33,295 nucleotides of DNA from an uncultured Streptomycetaceae bacterium. GTDB taxonomy: Bacteria > Pseudomonadota > Gammaproteobacteria > Burkholderiales > SG8-41. The stretch spans positions 1-33,295 of the forward strand of contig CAYIRZ010000003.1 in NCBI GenBank assembly GCA_964365845.1, in the 5' to 3' direction. Every line of letters starts with the position of its first letter. The first letter of the stretch is position 1. Positions 31,983-33,295 of the stretch are shown here, one piece after another. The notes under the pieces are model-generated. The model searched no databases. It saw nothing but the letters and a program-made list of their open reading frames with translations, and was not told where the DNA came from. The position numbers were made by a program, and so were the translations under genes.

Positions 31983-33295
31983 ATGTCGTCCCACGTTTCC
32001 AACGCCCGTCCCGCGCCCGACAAGGTCATTGCCGACATTGCCGCTTATGTCGATAGCTATCCGATCAAGAGCAAGCTCGCGTGGGAAACCGCGCGGCTTA
32101 CCCTGATCGACAGCCTGGGCTGCGGTTTCGAAGCACTCGCCTATCCCGGCTGCACCAGACTGCTGGGTCCGCTGGTGCCGGGAACCATCGTGCCTAGCGG
32201 CGCGAAAGTGCCGGGCACGCCGCACCAGCTCGATCCGGTGACGGCGGCGTTCAACCTGGGCGTCATGGTCCGCTGGCTCGATTACAACGATGCCTTCTAC
32301 GGCGAGACGGTGATCCATCCTTCGGACAACATCGGCGCGCTCTTGATGCTCGCCGATTACCTGTCGCGCACGCGCGTGGCGCAAGGCAGGAAACCGCTTG
32401 CGATGCGTGACGTTCTGGAAGCGATGGTGAAGGCCTATGAGATCCAGGGCGGGCTCGCGATCAAAAACGGTTTTACCGCGGCCGGGCTCGATCACACGCT
32501 GCTGGTGAAAATCGCCACCACCGCGGCGGCGGCGAAGCTGCTCGGCTGCACGCGCGCGGAAATCATCAACGCGGTGTCGAATGCGTGGGTCGACGGCCAT
32601 GCGCTCGCGACTTTCCGCCGCCGGCCTAACACCGGCCCGCGCAAGTCATGGGCGGCGGGCGATGCGTCGAGCCGCGGCGTGTGGCTCGCGCTGCTGGCGC
32701 TGAAAGGCGAGATGGGTTATCCCTCGGCGCTCACCGCCAGGACCTGGGGTTTCTACGACGTGCTGTTCAAGGGAAAACCGTTCCGGTTCGAGCGGCCGTA
32801 CGGCAGCTACATCATGGAAAACGTGCTGTTCAAGATCGCCTATCCCACGGCGTTCCACGGGCAGAGCGCGGTGGAAGCGGCGATCAAACTGCACCCGCTG
32901 GTGAAAGACCGGCTCGACGACATCGACCGCATAGCCGTGCGCTGCCACAACTCGTCCATGGTCATCCTCGACAAGACCGGCCCGCTGCACAACTTCGCCG
33001 ACCGCGACCACTGCATGCAGTACATGATCGCCATCGGCCTGATCTTCGGCAAGTTGACCGCCGGGGACTACGAAGACCACGTCGCCGCCGATCCGCGCAT
33101 CGACCGGCTGCGCGCGAAAATGAAACTGGTGGAGGACGAGCGCTACAGCCGCGAATATCTCGATCCGGCGAAGCGCACTAACGCCAACTCGATCAAGGTG
33201 CACTTCAAGGACGGCAGCAGCACGCCGCTGTCCGAAGTGCTGTATCCGCTCGGCCACCGCCGCCGGCGCAAAGAGGGCGTGCCGCTGCTGATGGA
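31983..33295 (+). CDS. prpD: 2-methylcitrate dehydratase (MmgE/PrpD family), N-terminal ~437 codons, runs off the window end
   Basis: Open-ended frame, not in the track. My translation is MSSHVSNARPAPDKVIADIAAYVDSYPIKSKLAWETARLTLIDSLGCGFEALAYPGC...RKSWAAGDASSRGVWLALLALKGEMGYPSALTARTWGFYDVLFKGKPFRFERPYGSYIMENVLFK... It tracks E. coli PrpD as I recall it almost block for block. Track ORFs 31716..32600(-) and 32646..33257(-) are shadows. Confidence 0.85.
   Translation, partial: MSSHVSNARPAPDKVIADIAAYVDSYPIKSKLAWETARLTLIDSLGCGFEALAYPGCTRLLGPLVPGTIVPSGAKVPGTPHQLDPVTAAFNLGVMVRWLDYNDAFYGETVIHPSDNIGALLMLADYLSRTRVAQGRKPLAMRDVLEAMVKAYEIQGGLAIKNGFTAAGLDHTLLVKIATTAAAAKLLGCTRAEIINAVSNAWVDGHALATFRRRPNTGPRKSWAAGDASSRGVWLALLALKGEMGYPSALTARTWGFYDVLFKGKPFRFERPYGSYIMENVLFKIAYPTAFHGQSAVEAAIKLHPLVKDRLDDIDRIAVRCHNSSMVILDKTGPLHNFADRDHCMQYMIAIGLIFGKLTAGDYEDHVAADPRIDRLRAKMKLVEDERYSREYLDPAKRTNANSIKVHFKDGSSTPLSEVLYPLGHRRRRKEGVPLLM

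Overview
This is a visibly GC-rich proteobacterial chromosome segment (GC not computed). Gene content and order look betaproteobacterial: argF-argD; rpsT<>murJ; cysB<>cysI-DUF934-cobA; ribF-ileS-lspA-ispH; several Bug/TctC binding proteins. That assignment is inference, since no search was possible. The window has three blocks. (1) 1-14.4 kb holds housekeeping, arginine and sulfite-reduction genes. (2) 14.4-21.7 kb holds a minus-strand type IV pilus minor-pilin/PilY1 operon (pilE-like, fimT, pilV, pilW, pilX, pilY1), divergent from a cysteine-free, Irr-like Fur-family regulator. (3) Downstream of tRNA-Thr(CGT) (22714-22789) lies an accessory metabolic cluster. It contains a PagP-like OM barrel, three Bug/TctC proteins, an atypical SDR, a histidine-free S1C/PDZ pseudoprotease, an acyl-CoA dehydrogenase homologue without the usual catalytic Glu, an alpha/beta hydrolase, a flavin reductase and PrpD. 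Almost every long track ORF lying antisense to these genes is a GC-driven shadow ORF. I found no transposase, integrase, CRISPR array, toxin-antitoxin, restriction or recognisable defence gene, and I cannot point to a clear new multi-gene protein system. What the gene list does not explain is mostly non-coding: at least four families of small palindromic or TIR-bounded repeats occupy the intergenic gaps. The main family is a 98-bp CTAG-bounded element (3 full copies plus several partial ones). Its hairpin shows compensatory base changes, and it repeatedly abuts or supplies stop codons. Second-tier signals are a run of three adjacent enzyme homologues lacking canonical catalytic residues (24.4-27.8 kb) and 15-bp direct repeats bracketing the PagP-like gene next to the tRNA. 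All motif alignments were done by eye and need computational confirmation.
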